NCBI GenBank assembly: GCA_020184695.1
Contig: JAANOX010000126.1
Coordinates: forward strand, 124,001 to 188,000
Source of the DNA: Histomonas meleagridis 2922-C6/04-290x
Lineage: Eukaryota; Protista; Parabasalia
Direction: 5' to 3'
DNA length: 64,000 nt
Both the position numbers and the translations under genes were made by a program. The notes below the pieces were generated by a model, which worked only from the letters and a program-made list of their open reading frames with translations, searched no databases and was not told where the DNA came from. Positions 11,981-24,143 of this stretch are shown here, piece after piece. Numbering within the stretch: the stretch's first letter is position 1; each line of letters starts with the position of its first letter.

Positions 11981-14236
11981 TTAAAACTCTTCTTCAGTAC
12001 TTTTGGTTGGAAAAGTAAGTCTCTCATAAACTTTAAAATCTTTTGCATTACCTACTCGTTTGATACCGTTCCTCTTTGGCGGTTCTTCATCATCAAAATT
12101 TCCTAACTTTGATACATTTAAATTAGAAAATTTGGTTCTTTTGACTGTTCCGTTTTTGTCGCGTTCAATTGGTGGAATTCGGAGACGAACTGCAGAATTA
12201 AGAACAGATGCATTAACATCTCCTTCTTCTTTCAGAGGTGACCCATTATTTTTAGTACCAATGAACTCATTCCTTTGGAATTCAGAGATATCGCCAAATG
12301 AAACACTCGAATCACCAAATGCAAAACTTTCGGAATCCTTTCCAACAATTGGTATAATTGGAAGTTCGGTATCGGAACTCTCACTGCTGATATCGAAGCT
12401 TATTGAGTTCGATGATTTGTTGTTAATTGGTGGTGGTTCTGGTGAACTTACGAAAAAGTGCTCATTCTGTGTTTTTGAAGGACTTTGATGCGGTGAATTC
12501 ACTGATGAAATGCTTTGGTGTGGTGAATTGGCATTGTTTGGCATTTTGGGATCTTCCCTTTTGTCAATTTCCATTGTCATTTCTTCTAAGCTTTTGGGAA
12601 ACATTTCTTTCTCATCATCCTTTATTAGTGATAAAATTTTATTCTCTGGTTCCGACTCTTCTTCTGATTCACTGTGTGGCGGTGGCTTATATGTATCTTC
12701 CATTGATAACTCGAAAGCTGAAGTGAAATCTTCGTTTATGATGCTCTCATTCTTTTTATTATTCTCTTTAACTTTTGTATTTTCATTCTTTACATTCTGT
12801 TCTTTTATAGTTATTTTTTCATTCTTTGTGTTGTTTTCTTTTTCTTTCTTAAAATTGTCTTTTGTGTTGATGTTTTCTGTTTTTGTAATTTTTACTTTTT
12901 CCTTCTTATTTAATGGTAATTCCCTTTCCAAATTATTTAATATATTATTTCTAATTCGGAGATATTCCGGATTTTTATTTTGCAATTGACTTCTAACGAC
13001 ATTTGGATCCAATTTCTTTCCTACAAAATTTGATTTAATTTTTTCCATTTCTTTTTCCACATTTTTTTGTATCATCTTCATAACATTATTTAAATCTGTT
13101 TCTTTGCTTTTAATTGTTTCCTTTTTACTTTGTTTTCCAATAAATTTCTCGGCTTCTTTAACAAAATCTTTTTCATTTCCTTTTTGCACATCAAAATTTG
13201 ATGTTTCGCTATCGTCTTTCACAAATGTATTTAAAATTTCATTTTCATTTTGCACATCAAAATTTGATGTTTCGCTATCGTCTTTTCCGAATGGATTAAA
13301 AATTTTATTTTCTTTCTTTAACTCAGCAAATGGTTCGCAAACGTCGTCATCATCAGCAACTTTATGGAATATTGAACCGATATTTTGATTTACTTCAATT
13401 GGAGCAGCTTTAAAATCGTTTCCATTCTTGTTAAATATATTAAATATTTTTTTCGGATTCGATGGAGCTTTGCATTTGGATTTTTCTTCTTTATAAAGTG
13501 ATATCGTTGAGTTGAGTTCATCAGCTGCTGAGAAAAGTTCCTCACGCATAATGTCGCGCTTTTGCATTTCGCGTGTGTTGTTTAATTCTTCTTCATCAAA
13601 GAGTTTCTCATGAGTTGCCATAAGTTTTCGCTCAAGATCTTTCCGTTGTTTACTGTTCCAATTACTTTCTTTAAGTGCATTTTTAATGTTTTCAATTTCT
13701 CCAAGAATCTTTTGTGAATTATCTGTTTGGGGATACGGAGATTTCCGACCTCGCATAATATCCCATGAATCTGTAAATTCAGGATGACGACTCGTAATGT
13801 GCCTATCAATATAATCCATTCCTTTAAACTTTTTATCACAAATTGGGCAGCGATAATATGGCTGTGATTTAATCTTTAACAAAACTTCGGTTTTCTTAAG
13901 AATGGATTGCTTTTTCTTGAGTTCTTGAATATGTTTATGATTTTCTGCTTCTAATTTTGTTTTGATTTCTAATAATGAATTTTGGCAATTAATCATATAT
14001 TCAAAAGCAACTTGAAGTAATTGACAAAGACGGAGACAGAGAGGGTGTGCAAGAACTTGAGAACACCCAGGAACAAGTTTGGCTTTAACAAAAATTTGTA
14101 CTAATCTTTGAAGTGAATCGAAATCATTTGTTTGGCTTACTAAATTTGGATCAAGAGTGGCAACAAGGTTCCAATCTATTGGTTCGAGCTTGGGCCTTGG
14201 TGGTCCAGGAATTGGCGGGGCTTTTTGCTGCCACAT
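11981..14236 (-). CDS. DZIP1: DZIP1/Iguana-like ciliary basal-body zinc-finger protein
   Basis: Dzip-like N-terminus (IDWNLVATLDPN...LQRLV...RLCQLLQVAFEYMINCQ), then coiled coil and C2H2 finger CPICDKKFKGMDYIDRHITSRH. Confidence 0.78.
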   Translation of the reverse strand: MWQQKAPPIPGPPRPKLEPIDWNLVATLDPNLVSQTNDFDSLQRLVQIFVKAKLVPGCSQVLAHPLCLRLCQLLQVAFEYMINCQNSLLEIKTKLEAENHKHIQELKKKQSILKKTEVLLKIKSQPYYRCPICDKKFKGMDYIDRHITSRHPEFTDSWDIMRGRKSPYPQTDNSQKILGEIENIKNALKESNWNSKQRKDLERKLMATHEKLFDEEELNNTREMQKRDIMREELFSAADELNSTISLYKEEKSKCKAPSNPKKIFNIFNKNGNDFKAAPIEVNQNIGSIFHKVADDDDVCEPFAELKKENKIFNPFGKDDSETSNFDVQNENEILNTFVKDDSETSNFDVQKGNEKDFVKEAEKFIGKQSKKETIKSKETDLNNVMKMIQKNVEKEMEKIKSNFVGKKLDPNVVRSQLQNKNPEYLRIRNNILNNLERELPLNKKEKVKITKTENINTKDNFKKEKENNTKNEKITIKEQNVKNENTKVKENNKKNESIINEDFTSAFELSMEDTYKPPPHSESEEESEPENKILSLIKDDEKEMFPKSLEEMTMEIDKREDPKMPNNANSPHQSISSVNSPHQSPSKTQNEHFFVSSPEPPPINNKSSNSISFDISSESSDTELPIIPIVGKDSESFAFGDSSVSFGDISEFQRNEFIGTKNNGSPLKEEGDVNASVLNSAVRLRIPPIERDKNGTVKRTKFSNLNVSKLGNFDDEEPPKRNGIKRVGNAKDFKVYERLTFPTKSTEEEF

Positions 14237-14939
14237 TTTTAAACGTAAAGTTAAACGAGCATTTACTTTAAATAAAATGAAAATTATCTTCGAAAGAAAA
14301 AATTTTATCCATTTCTCAAAATTAAGTAGAAATAAGAAATTTGATATTGCATTTATTTTAGTTTTAACATCAATATTTTTATGATGATAAAAATTATTAA
14401 TGATTATAATTTATATATCATATCATATATTGACTATTATCAAATATGGTGAAATTTTGATCCACATCGAATAAAAATAATCTTTGCATTTAAGATTTCA
14501 ATAATGAGAAAATGTCAAATTAGAAATTATTTCTTCATATATATGAATAATATAAATATATAATACTGTAGTTGCATAATACTACGTTTGATATCTTAAT
14601 TATTACATTTCCTTATCAAATAGAATAATATTTAAGCATGCACCTTTCGTGCCATCGATAGCAGAAACAATATTTTCATTCCTAATAATAATTATTATTT
14701 TTATCACTTTGATTAATCAAAAACAAGTAAATTATAAAAATACATTTTTTCACAATAAATTTTCTCTCATCAAGTGAACATGATAGCTATCAAAAATTGA
14801 AAAAAATTGCTTTTGAGAGAATTAAAAAGTTTACTGAAAAATGATGTTCAGAATTTGAATACGTGTATTTGACTTTTTTTGAACGAAATTGAATGTGATA
14901 TTTGGCCGGTATCAAACCAGTTCAAAACCCACTTTTTTC

Positions 14940-15812
14940 ATGTCAACACAACAGACATATAGAAAGAAAATAATCACAGAGCACCATCCATTCTGGGATA
15001 TCATTGACAAAATAGAACTACCAATTGTTAAATTTCTTCAAACCCTGTTATTCGCATCCAAATTTCATAAATTTTGGGTTTATGCTGCCTGGATTAGTTC
15101 ATCTACTTCACTCTCTTATTATCCCTCAATATTGTTTTCACTCGGTCTTGCAGATAAAGCCAAACAATTATCGACATCTCTAGTTTTTTATGCCCTTCTC
15201 TCATCTTCTGGCAAGTTTTTCCTTAAACGCCGACGTCCAGGAAGCTATCCAGATACCTACAGTTATGATTGTTCTTCTACATCATCATTTCCATCTCGTC
15301 ATACAATTGGTGCCACTGTTTTTGCCAATTTTACTCCCATCAAATGGCCTTTTATCATCTTTATGATGTGTGATAGAATTGCTTTAGGTCAACATTTTTT
15401 ATTTGATTGTATTGCTGGATATGGCATAGGAGAACTTGCTGTCTTTTTAGGTCAATACCTGAATAACATCAACCTTACGCTTGTAATCCTTTTACTCAGC
15501 CTTCGGATGTGGTCAAGTTGCTCCCGTATTTTGGGCGGAATACTTCCAATTATAATTGCTGAAAAAGTTAACTGTACTCCATTCGTTTTCCCACTTGTCT
15601 TCTTGCGGTCTTTCATTAAGAAGCGACCGCTCTTTAATAAGCCCGTAAACCCGTTGTGTAATGAGCTCTTTGCTGCTGCATTGACAACTTTCATTTTCAT
15701 GGAAGTCAATTCCGGATTTTTGTACTTAAGAGAAAAAGGATATATATGTGATAAAATTTGGGAAATAAATGTATTACTGACAGAAAAAATACATAACATA
15801 TTTGATCATTAA
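14940..15812 (+). CDS. PAP2-superfamily membrane phosphatase
   Basis: KFFLKRRRP, SFPSRH and DRIALGQHFLFD motifs; multiple TM segments; first in-frame ATG at 14940. Confidence 0.85.
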   Translation: MSTQQTYRKKIITEHHPFWDIIDKIELPIVKFLQTLLFASKFHKFWVYAAWISSSTSLSYYPSILFSLGLADKAKQLSTSLVFYALLSSSGKFFLKRRRPGSYPDTYSYDCSSTSSFPSRHTIGATVFANFTPIKWPFIIFMMCDRIALGQHFLFDCIAGYGIGELAVFLGQYLNNINLTLVILLLSLRMWSSCSRILGGILPIIIAEKVNCTPFVFPLVFLRSFIKKRPLFNKPVNPLCNELFAAALTTFIFMEVNSGFLYLREKGYICDKIWEINVLLTEKIHNIFDH

Positions 15813-16096
15813 ATAAGTTTTTGTAATTTTTGTTTTTAACAATAAAACATTTTTCTTAACAATAAAACAATTTGTGGATTAAACAAATAAGTGAATTTAA
15901 ATTATCAATAGTTGGAAAGATTGTACTAAATAAATTTTGAATTATGAAAAACAAAGTATATAATTAATGAGATGCTTGATAAGATTTATGTTGAAAAACT
16001 AAACGCATTAATAAGCATATTTTATTTTCATTTTCCAAAAATTACGGTTTCCCCCACAGAATTCAAGCGTCAGATTGACTTTTGAATTGTGGGCAA

Positions 16097-16540
16097 ATGC
16101 TTTCTCTGTTTGCTTGGTGCTTATTAAGGGAACCAATCAAAGTAATATACCAAGAACCCACTGAAGAAGTTGTTTATGGTGGAGAACCCTCTCCGATGGT
16201 CACTGATGTTGGCAAAAATTTCACTCTATTAAAAAATTATTCAGAGATTCTCAATCAAGAAACATTAGAGCTTAACAAAAAAGGGCGCGATGGATTTGGA
16301 GATATGAAATCCCGCTCAGGAAATGGAATGACGGGCATCTATAAAGGGTACAAGTCTATACCTAACTTCGATAATAGCGGATTACCTCAGGAAGGCAAAG
16401 ATGGTCAATGGATCGAAGTCATCAAAGCGGACAAAAAAGTTTTTGACAAACTTAAAAAAGAAGCGAATAAAGTCGTTGGCAAGAAGGAAATCTATGTCGT
16501 GAAATCATATTCCGAACTCTTGAAAAAAGTACTCGTTTAA
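16097..16540 (+). CDS. Hypothetical secreted protein (MLxxFxWCLLR leader family)
   Basis: ATG at 16097; leader MLSLFAWCLLREP shared with the 17717 ORF. Confidence 0.65.
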   Translation: MLSLFAWCLLREPIKVIYQEPTEEVVYGGEPSPMVTDVGKNFTLLKNYSEILNQETLELNKKGRDGFGDMKSRSGNGMTGIYKGYKSIPNFDNSGLPQEGKDGQWIEVIKADKKVFDKLKKEANKVVGKKEIYVVKSYSELLKKVLV

Positions 16541-17716
16541 ACAATCGTAATTTACTTTGTTTTTGACTTATATTTTTCTGTTTATTATTTCTCAGGAAAA
16601 GCATTTGAAAGTTCGAAATTTCAAATGTATCAAACCCAAAAATTTTAAACATTTGTCTAAAATTCTAAAACAAAATGACTTTCCCTAAATTGAACACAGT
16701 GTTTAAATATTAGGCGAGAACTAAATACATTAAAAAAACATTTTAAATTTTGAAAATGCTTTGTTGAAGATAATCGGATACCATGAGAAGTGTGTAAAAC
16801 TGACTTAAGCGCACATATTTATCGTGTCTATGCTGAGAAATTAAAATCACAAAGAAAGTAAAAAATTTGTATTTTTCACATAAAGAAAGGAAAAGGAATA
16901 AAGCACAAAACATACTCATTTTATCTAGTTAGCAGACAAGTAATTTATCCTCTTAGTGAATTATTCATTGGTTTTACAAGAAAATTTCATTTTTGTAAGT
17001 GCATTTTTGCCCATACTCTAATATCTTATTAGTTATACTTCTAGTGAATTAGAACTTTGACTTCTTTGAAGATATAATTCATATTTTCTGCAGTTTTTAT
17101 ATTTAATTACTGTTGAGCCATTAATTGTTTTGTTCTTGTCATGATTTCTCACTAAGACGATGTATGAGTTTTGTTATGGAAGTAATTTTTTATTTAAAAA
17201 GAATGATTTATTTTATATTTGATAAAATAAAATAACATAGAGTTGTAAATTTCCTATTAGGCAGGTGAAAATCTTTCAAGTAATTAAAAAAAATCATAGT
17301 ATAAAAAGCTCATATTGATGATCATTCATTGACTTGTAAACCAATTTATTTGTCGCGTCAAGCCATTTGCTGTTTTCATCGAATTAGAAATCATAAGAAA
17401 AATCGATCTGAGCATGTCCTATCTAATTTCTTCGAAACGAATTTCAGAAGCTTTTATAGCTTGTTGGTAGCCCCACCAGAAAATTTTTGGGCTTAAAGAA
17501 ATCGGAGATTTTGGTGTTATGTGTTGTAACATATGTAAAGCTGGCAATAATTTATATCGCTTCGCCGAATTCAAGTTGAATGTTCAAAAATGAGAGTTAC
17601 CCAACTCAACTTTTTGAATGATGTTTCTGTCGAAAACGATTAAAGGTGGTTACCATTTTCGAAAATCAATTTGAATTAATCATTCAATTTAGCTGTCAGT
17701 TTAACTTCAGCAGCAA

Positions 17717-18910
17717 ATGCTTTTCATCTTTTCTTGGTGCCTGTTAAGAAATCCATTCAAAAGATATGACATTATAAAAAAGCGTGGAATAGTTGAAAGT
17801 GGAGTAGGTTATCAACCACATAAAAATTATTCAGTTTATTTCAACTCGATTGAAGAATTAACTGACGAAGATGAATGGCGTGTTGTTAACGATTTTATAA
17901 ATGTTTACACAAGTATTTTAAATCTCAAAAACGATTTGGAATTACCCAAGAGTAATTCTCTCTATAAGATATTTGCGACAGCCACAGGTGTTGATAAAAT
18001 TTATAAGACCATTAAATCTTACTTTAATGAAAACTCACTCGAAAATCAACACAATGAAGAACCAAGAGACAAAACAAAGTTAGACTTAAGTAAAATTCCA
18101 AAATTTTATCGTCGTGTAATCGACATCATCGCACAAGAAGACAACTCAGCATCCCTCAATTACGTAAGCATGGATGATAAGTTCCATCAACTTATCGATA
18201 TTGACAAAATAATTCATATCCTTCAATCGTATGCCGAAATCGTTGGCAAATCAAATGGCCAAGAGAACAAATTTGTTATTGAAAAGAAAATTATGCCCTT
18301 GAAATCATATAGTCAAATATTAAAGAAAGCAACAAATGCCAATGAAGAACATGAAGATCGAATTGTCAAAGATTTCATATATGTTTACACAAGTCTTCTG
18401 AGTCTCAAAGACAATTCAAAAACTTCCAATGCCGGCACAGTCATAACAATTCTTGCGGCTGATAAAGTTATGGAAGTTATTAAGTCGTACTTCAATGAAA
18501 ACGAAGACTCATCAGAAGAAGCAAGCGAAACCAACAGCGCTGCGAAGTTGGATTTAAGTAAAATCCCAAAATTTTACCGCCGCGTCGTTGACGTCATCAC
18601 TAAAGTTAAGGAACAAGAAGAAAATTCAATTATCAAATTGGGAAAGGGAAAATTTATTGATGACACTAAATCTGTGGCTACAGGTATTGGACATGGCACA
18701 GGAGTAATTTGTTCAAAAGATGAATTCTTGGACCCGAAATTGCACGACAAATGTTTGGGCACTAAGCGCTCCGACAACTCAGAGAACAAAGAAGGAAACG
18801 CGTTCGTAAAAACAGTCAAAGAGATACAACCTGTTAAAGGATACTATGACATTTTATGGAACAACGAAATGAGCGAAGAAGCAAATAGAGTCGTTATCTC
18901 CGTCATGTGA
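17717..18910 (+). CDS. Hypothetical secreted protein with internal ~145-aa duplication
   Basis: Leader MLFIFSWCLLRNP; two copies of DF(I)xVYTS...IKSYFNEN...KLDLSKIPKFYRRV. Confidence 0.75.
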   Translation: MLFIFSWCLLRNPFKRYDIIKKRGIVESGVGYQPHKNYSVYFNSIEELTDEDEWRVVNDFINVYTSILNLKNDLELPKSNSLYKIFATATGVDKIYKTIKSYFNENSLENQHNEEPRDKTKLDLSKIPKFYRRVIDIIAQEDNSASLNYVSMDDKFHQLIDIDKIIHILQSYAEIVGKSNGQENKFVIEKKIMPLKSYSQILKKATNANEEHEDRIVKDFIYVYTSLLSLKDNSKTSNAGTVITILAADKVMEVIKSYFNENEDSSEEASETNSAAKLDLSKIPKFYRRVVDVITKVKEQEENSIIKLGKGKFIDDTKSVATGIGHGTGVICSKDEFLDPKLHDKCLGTKRSDNSENKEGNAFVKTVKEIQPVKGYYDILWNNEMSEEANRVVISVM

Positions 18911-20695
18911 AGTCATGAAAGTAACAGTAAACATCAGTGACTTACAATAATTTTTTGTGGATGGAAGAAGTGAAAACTTGTGTCGAATGAAGAATTGTTC
19001 TGTCGCTTGTGTGTGTAATGACACATTTGTTGGCGATATCGACAAATTTTCGGAAATTAAATGTTCTTCTGAAGAAAATAAAACTTTTATTTCTTTTGCA
19101 TAAATTTATCTTCTGAAATATTCGGATTTATTCCTGGGAATATTTAATTTGCTGAAATAATTACTCTTTATATGAAATTTAACAAGAGAAATATACAGTT
19201 ATTTCATAGAGAAACAGCGTGCTGCATTAGAAAGTGTTTATGTAAGTTTAAATTTAAACAAAATTGAAAAGATGCAGTTTTAGCAAATAATACATCTCAC
19301 CCTTATACATATCCAACAAATATGACTAAACAAGTATTAAAAGATCCTGAAAAGCTAAAATTAAATCCTTAAGAATTCACATCAAAATAAAGTAATTTTT
19401 TGACAATTAATTTTATATTGTCATTATTTTCACCAACATTACAAATCAAAGTAAAATAGAATCTAATATTTATTCGAACAACATAAATTAAGATTTTAAT
19501 TAACTAGTTCATCATTAAATAATGATAAAAGTGAAAACATTTTTGATTTTAGTTAATGTTTAACAGAATTTCAAGGTGTTTCAGATAGAACAATTTCATA
19601 TCAACATGTTTGATTTACATTACATAATGATTGTACATTTCAAGAGAAAATATTTTTTGTTCAATTATAATATGTGCAAAATGTCATTTTGATTCATATA
19701 TTTTTATAGATTTAATTATGAGGGGCAGAAAATTGTATACTCCTTAACATATGAATTTTTTACAATAGGAGTAGACCCTTAATAGACAATTAGTTTACAA
19801 TAAAAGTGCAGAGAAATACTCAAAAAATTGGGTCAGTTACATTCAAATAATTGAGAAAAATATTCAACCAGATTCAATTAATTTAAGAATAATCACACAC
19901 AAAAACGAAACAATAGAAATATCACCAATGTTTGGTAAATTAAGTATTCCATTTAGTCATAGCCAATATGCTTATAATCCAATTTTTAGTATTCTTGGTA
20001 TAAAGGAACCACAAAAAGGATACACAAAAGAAGATGCATTCTTTAAACCAGATCGAAACGTTTTTACAAGAAAGTTCATTTTTGATGAAAAAAATATCGA
20101 TTTAGAAAATATAAGTAAAGTATTTGATATTCCTGAATAAATCATCAAATCTATGAATTATTCTTTTGAGAGATATGATAAATTTATTTGAAATTCTTCT
20201 GATTTGTTTATCATGCGCTGAAGTTGTTATCATTTGCTTTTCAATACTTTCTGTTTATAGGATTAAACAGAGAAAAAATGAAAATGCATTCAAACACGAT
20301 CATTAACGTCCAAAAATTATTTTTCCTAGTGAAAATCCAAGGACTGTATCTTTGTGTGATGTGATTGTTTGTGAATTGTTCTAAAATTGTTCTCTCAAAA
20401 TAAAAATAGAGGTACTCAAACTGATGAAATAAACATATCCTTGAGAATATTTCGATTTTTATTAGATCCTTATCAACACATGAATAAAAATCTGCTATCA
20501 AATTGGGAAAAAAATATCCAGATCAAAATCGAAATCTATTTTTTTTTCAAATATATATTTTTGGTGACCAATCTTGATTATTTTTGATGTAAATTATATT
20601 TTATAAATGGTAATTCATGAAATTAAAAGAATAATTTTTTTTTCATTCAATTTTTTGCATTTTTTTCTCACTTTTTTTTAAAATTACAGTAAAAA

Positions 20696-21888
20696 ATTAT
20701 ATGAAGTGGCGGTGGTCTTTTTTTTCTAGCTATAATAAAAATACATAATGGATATCAGATTATATATATATATTTCGATAATTTTAATTATTTATTAAAA
20801 TATTTATATTTTGAATATCAAAAAGTGCTCGAAAATCAGTTTTTTCAATTTTTTTTCTTATGTGATTATTTTAAATAAAAAATTTTTTTAATTAAAAATG
20901 TTTTATTTCGTTGCACGAATATATTGCTTGAAGAAAATTAAATTTCAATTTTTTGAATTAATAATTTAGAAATGATGTCAAAAGTAAATAAATCATGAAT
21001 TTTAAATGTGTAAAATAATCTATGCTTAATTTGCTTTCTTTACACATATATGGTCTTTTATAAGAAACATTTTTGATGAAAAAAAATAATTTTTTAATTT
21101 TTTTGTTGAAAGAATGGGTGCTTTTTTTCAATATTTTCGGTGATAAAAAAAATCGTACAATAGTTTTTTAATGGGACCCGCATAATTATAAGGTTTGGGA
21201 TTTATTTATTTATAATCAGACCTGTCTAAGGATTTGGACTGCTGAATTTTTTTTTATGTTCAATTCTTTTTGGGGTGTTTCCCGAAAAATAAATTGAATA
21301 CTTTACAAAACATCACCGAAAGCTTTTTGAAACAAAATTTGCCTGATTTGAATGCATCCAAACAACTAGTTTTATTACATTCAACTGAAACCATGTTCTT
21401 TATTTGTGAATAGAATGACAATATAAATTTAAGCGTAAGAGGCTGAACAGGCCGGATAAGAGGGCAATAATAATTGATTTAAAGAAATTATTAGGAAATA
21501 AGTTATTATGTTGGACTTTGAAAGATATTATTGTAAATTGTTCTGAATACCATCGAATTCCATTTTCCAAAAGTGATACAAAAACAAATCAAAATATGCT
21601 TGAATGGATCCAGAAATATTTTGATAACATTGAAGAGACAATAGCAGTGATATCAATTAACTTAAGAGATTTCAATAATTATATAGACACCCAAAAATTC
21701 GAATAAAAAAATAAAGAAATAAAGAGAGAAAAATTCACTTCACATTATTTTTTTCACTTCACCAAAATTTCAATCATTTCATAACAATTAATGCAAAAAA
21801 TATTTTTATCAAACAATCACATTTTTTTAAATAACAAATCATATATTTTTATTCATAAATAAATAAAGACCGCCGCCACTTCATATAA
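20696..21888. repeat. ~24-bp imperfect inverted repeat pair enclosing ~1.15 kb of non-coding DNA
   Basis: TTATATGAAGTGGCGGTGGTCTTT at ~20697 versus AAAGACCGCCGCCACTTCATATAA at ~21865 (one mismatch). Confidence 0.6.
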
Positions 21889-22383
21889 AAAGTTGCACTC
21901 GATTTATTATCGACTAAGTTGATTTTTTCATATATTTTCACTTTTTCTCACAATTTTTAATAAAAATGATAAAGGATAATAGTTTAGAAAATAAACACAT
22001 CTAATATGCAACATTACTATATAGGAAATAATCCAAAATTCCAGAAAAAGTATGGTCGAAATCAGATCGAATTTCGAAAGATTGTACAGTCGAAATTTCG
22101 AAACGAGGGTATTTTTGTAATCTCCTATTAATGTTATCCTTAACCTAAAATTATCGTCGAAAAAATATTGCAGGATTTTGAGTTTTAGTCCCTCTTAAAA
22201 AAATTAGAATTCTAATTGTGTTTCATGATACATTTTCATATTTTTGTACTGAATAAATAATATGAAAAACATCCGAAGCATCTTACATTATTTTAATATA
22301 AGTGATTTTGTCTTAATAAATATTTAAAAATCAATACATAAAGAACTAAATTTTGAGGAACCATTGAGCGACTATAAATATTT

Positions 22384-24086
22384 TTATTTGGTGTTTATAT
22401 CATTTCCTTTTTTTTCATGGAGTAATTTAACTATTTCTATATGACCTTTTGAAGATGCAGTCATAAGTGCTGTTTTAAATAATATAAATAATTTCCAAAT
22501 ATTATATTGAATTATTAAATCATTAAAATAAATGTTATTTTTAGAATTAATATCAATTTCTTTTTGTTCAAGAAGTAATTTAACTATTTCTGTACGACCT
22601 TTTGAAGATGCAGTCATGAGTGCTGTATTAAATAATTTAAATAATTTCCAAGTATTATATTGAATTATTAAATCATTAAAATAAATGTTATTTTTAGAAT
22701 TAATATCAATTTCTTTTTGTTCAAGAAGTAATTTAACTATTTCTGTATGACCATTTTCAGATGCTATCATAAGTGCTGTTTTAAATAATATAAATAATTT
22801 CCAAATATTATTTTAAAATATAAAATTATTAAAATAAATGTTATTTTTAGAATTAATATCAATTTCTTTTTGTTCAAGAAGTAATTTAACGATTTCTGTA
22901 TGACCATTTTCAGATGCATACATAAGTGCTGTTTCAAATAATTTAAATAATTTCCAAATATTATTTTTAAATCCAAAATTATTAAAATAAATATTAAATA
23001 AAACAAATAAATATCTTTAGCATTAACATCAATTCCTTTTTGTTCAAGAAGTAATTTAACTATTTCTGTATGACCATTTTCAGATGCATACATAAGTGCT
23101 GTATAAAATAATTTAAATAATTTCCAAATATTATTTTGAAATACCATAAAATTATTAAAATAAATATTAAATAAAACAAATAAATATCTTTAGCATTAAT
23201 ATCAATTCCTTCTTGTTCAAGAAGTAATTTAACGATTTCTGTATGACCATTTTCAGATGCATACATAAGTGCTGTTTCAAATAATTTAAATAATTTCCAA
23301 ATATTATTTTTAAATCCAAAATTATTAAAATAAATATTAAATAAAACAAATAAATATCTTTAGCATTAACATCAATTCCTTCTTGTTCAAGAAGTAATTT
23401 AACTATTTCTGTATGACCATTTCTAGATCCCAAAATAAGTGCTGTATTAAATATTTTAAAATATTTCCAAATATTATTTTAAAATCGCAAATTATTACAA
23501 TATACAATAAATAAAAGTATTTAATAGTTTTAGCATTAATATCAATTATTTTTTGATTTAAAATATACTCTACAAGTTCAATATTTCCTGATTCTGAAGA
23601 ATAAGTCAAAATTTCATCAAATATTTGGTTTTCATCAATAAAAGGTTTAATAACAAATAAATTCCCTATTTTTGCAAATTCATATAAGTATGAAATAGAC
23701 AATTTCAAATTTTTCTCAAACAAAAACAAAAAGAGTTCATAATTATAATATATTACACAATTCTTTAGCATCAAAGTTAAATCTTCAGTTTTGTATATTT
23801 GATTTTCATATAGATAATAGAATACATCATTTCGATGAAATTGAACTGTAACATCAAATGTATTTCCAAATGATGAATGATTTTGTTCACATAAATGAAT
23901 AATTTCAAGATTTCCACCTGCAACTGCATATTTACACGTTTGACTTACTTTAGCATTATTAAGTAATAAAAATTTGAAACATTTTACTGATCCAAAAAAT
24001 GCTGCATAATCAATTAATGAAACTTCTTCTTTATTAATAAATGTACATCTTTCATATGGCGATGGTTTATCTTGCAGAAATATCAC
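22384..24086 (-). CDS. Ankyrin gene A: 5'-truncated DUF3447 plus ankyrin repeats interrupted by 25 17-nt elements
   Basis: FFGSVKCFKFLLLN...YAVAGGNLEIIHLCEQ; TALMYASENGHTEIVKLLLEQ repeats; seven spacers reconstruct to IAGN, NWGE, NYGGY, NWGE, NYGK, NNGN, NNGK. No in-frame ATG upstream of the DUF3447 region. Confidence 0.8.
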
Positions 24087-24143
24087 TACCCCTATTCAAT
24101 TTATGATCGGTAAAGAAACAACGAAAAACCAAATTTGGTTTAT

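Noticed and set aside
12060-13839. Plus-strand ORFs 12060, 12510, 13104 and similar short antisense or alternative-frame ORFs across the window
   Set aside because: Shadows of real genes on the opposite strand or frame, with no recognisable motifs.
19170-20140. Possible homeodomain-like or transposase remnant (KQRAALESVY...HPY)
   Set aside because: Fragmentary, several frames, no consistent splice solution; too weak to call.
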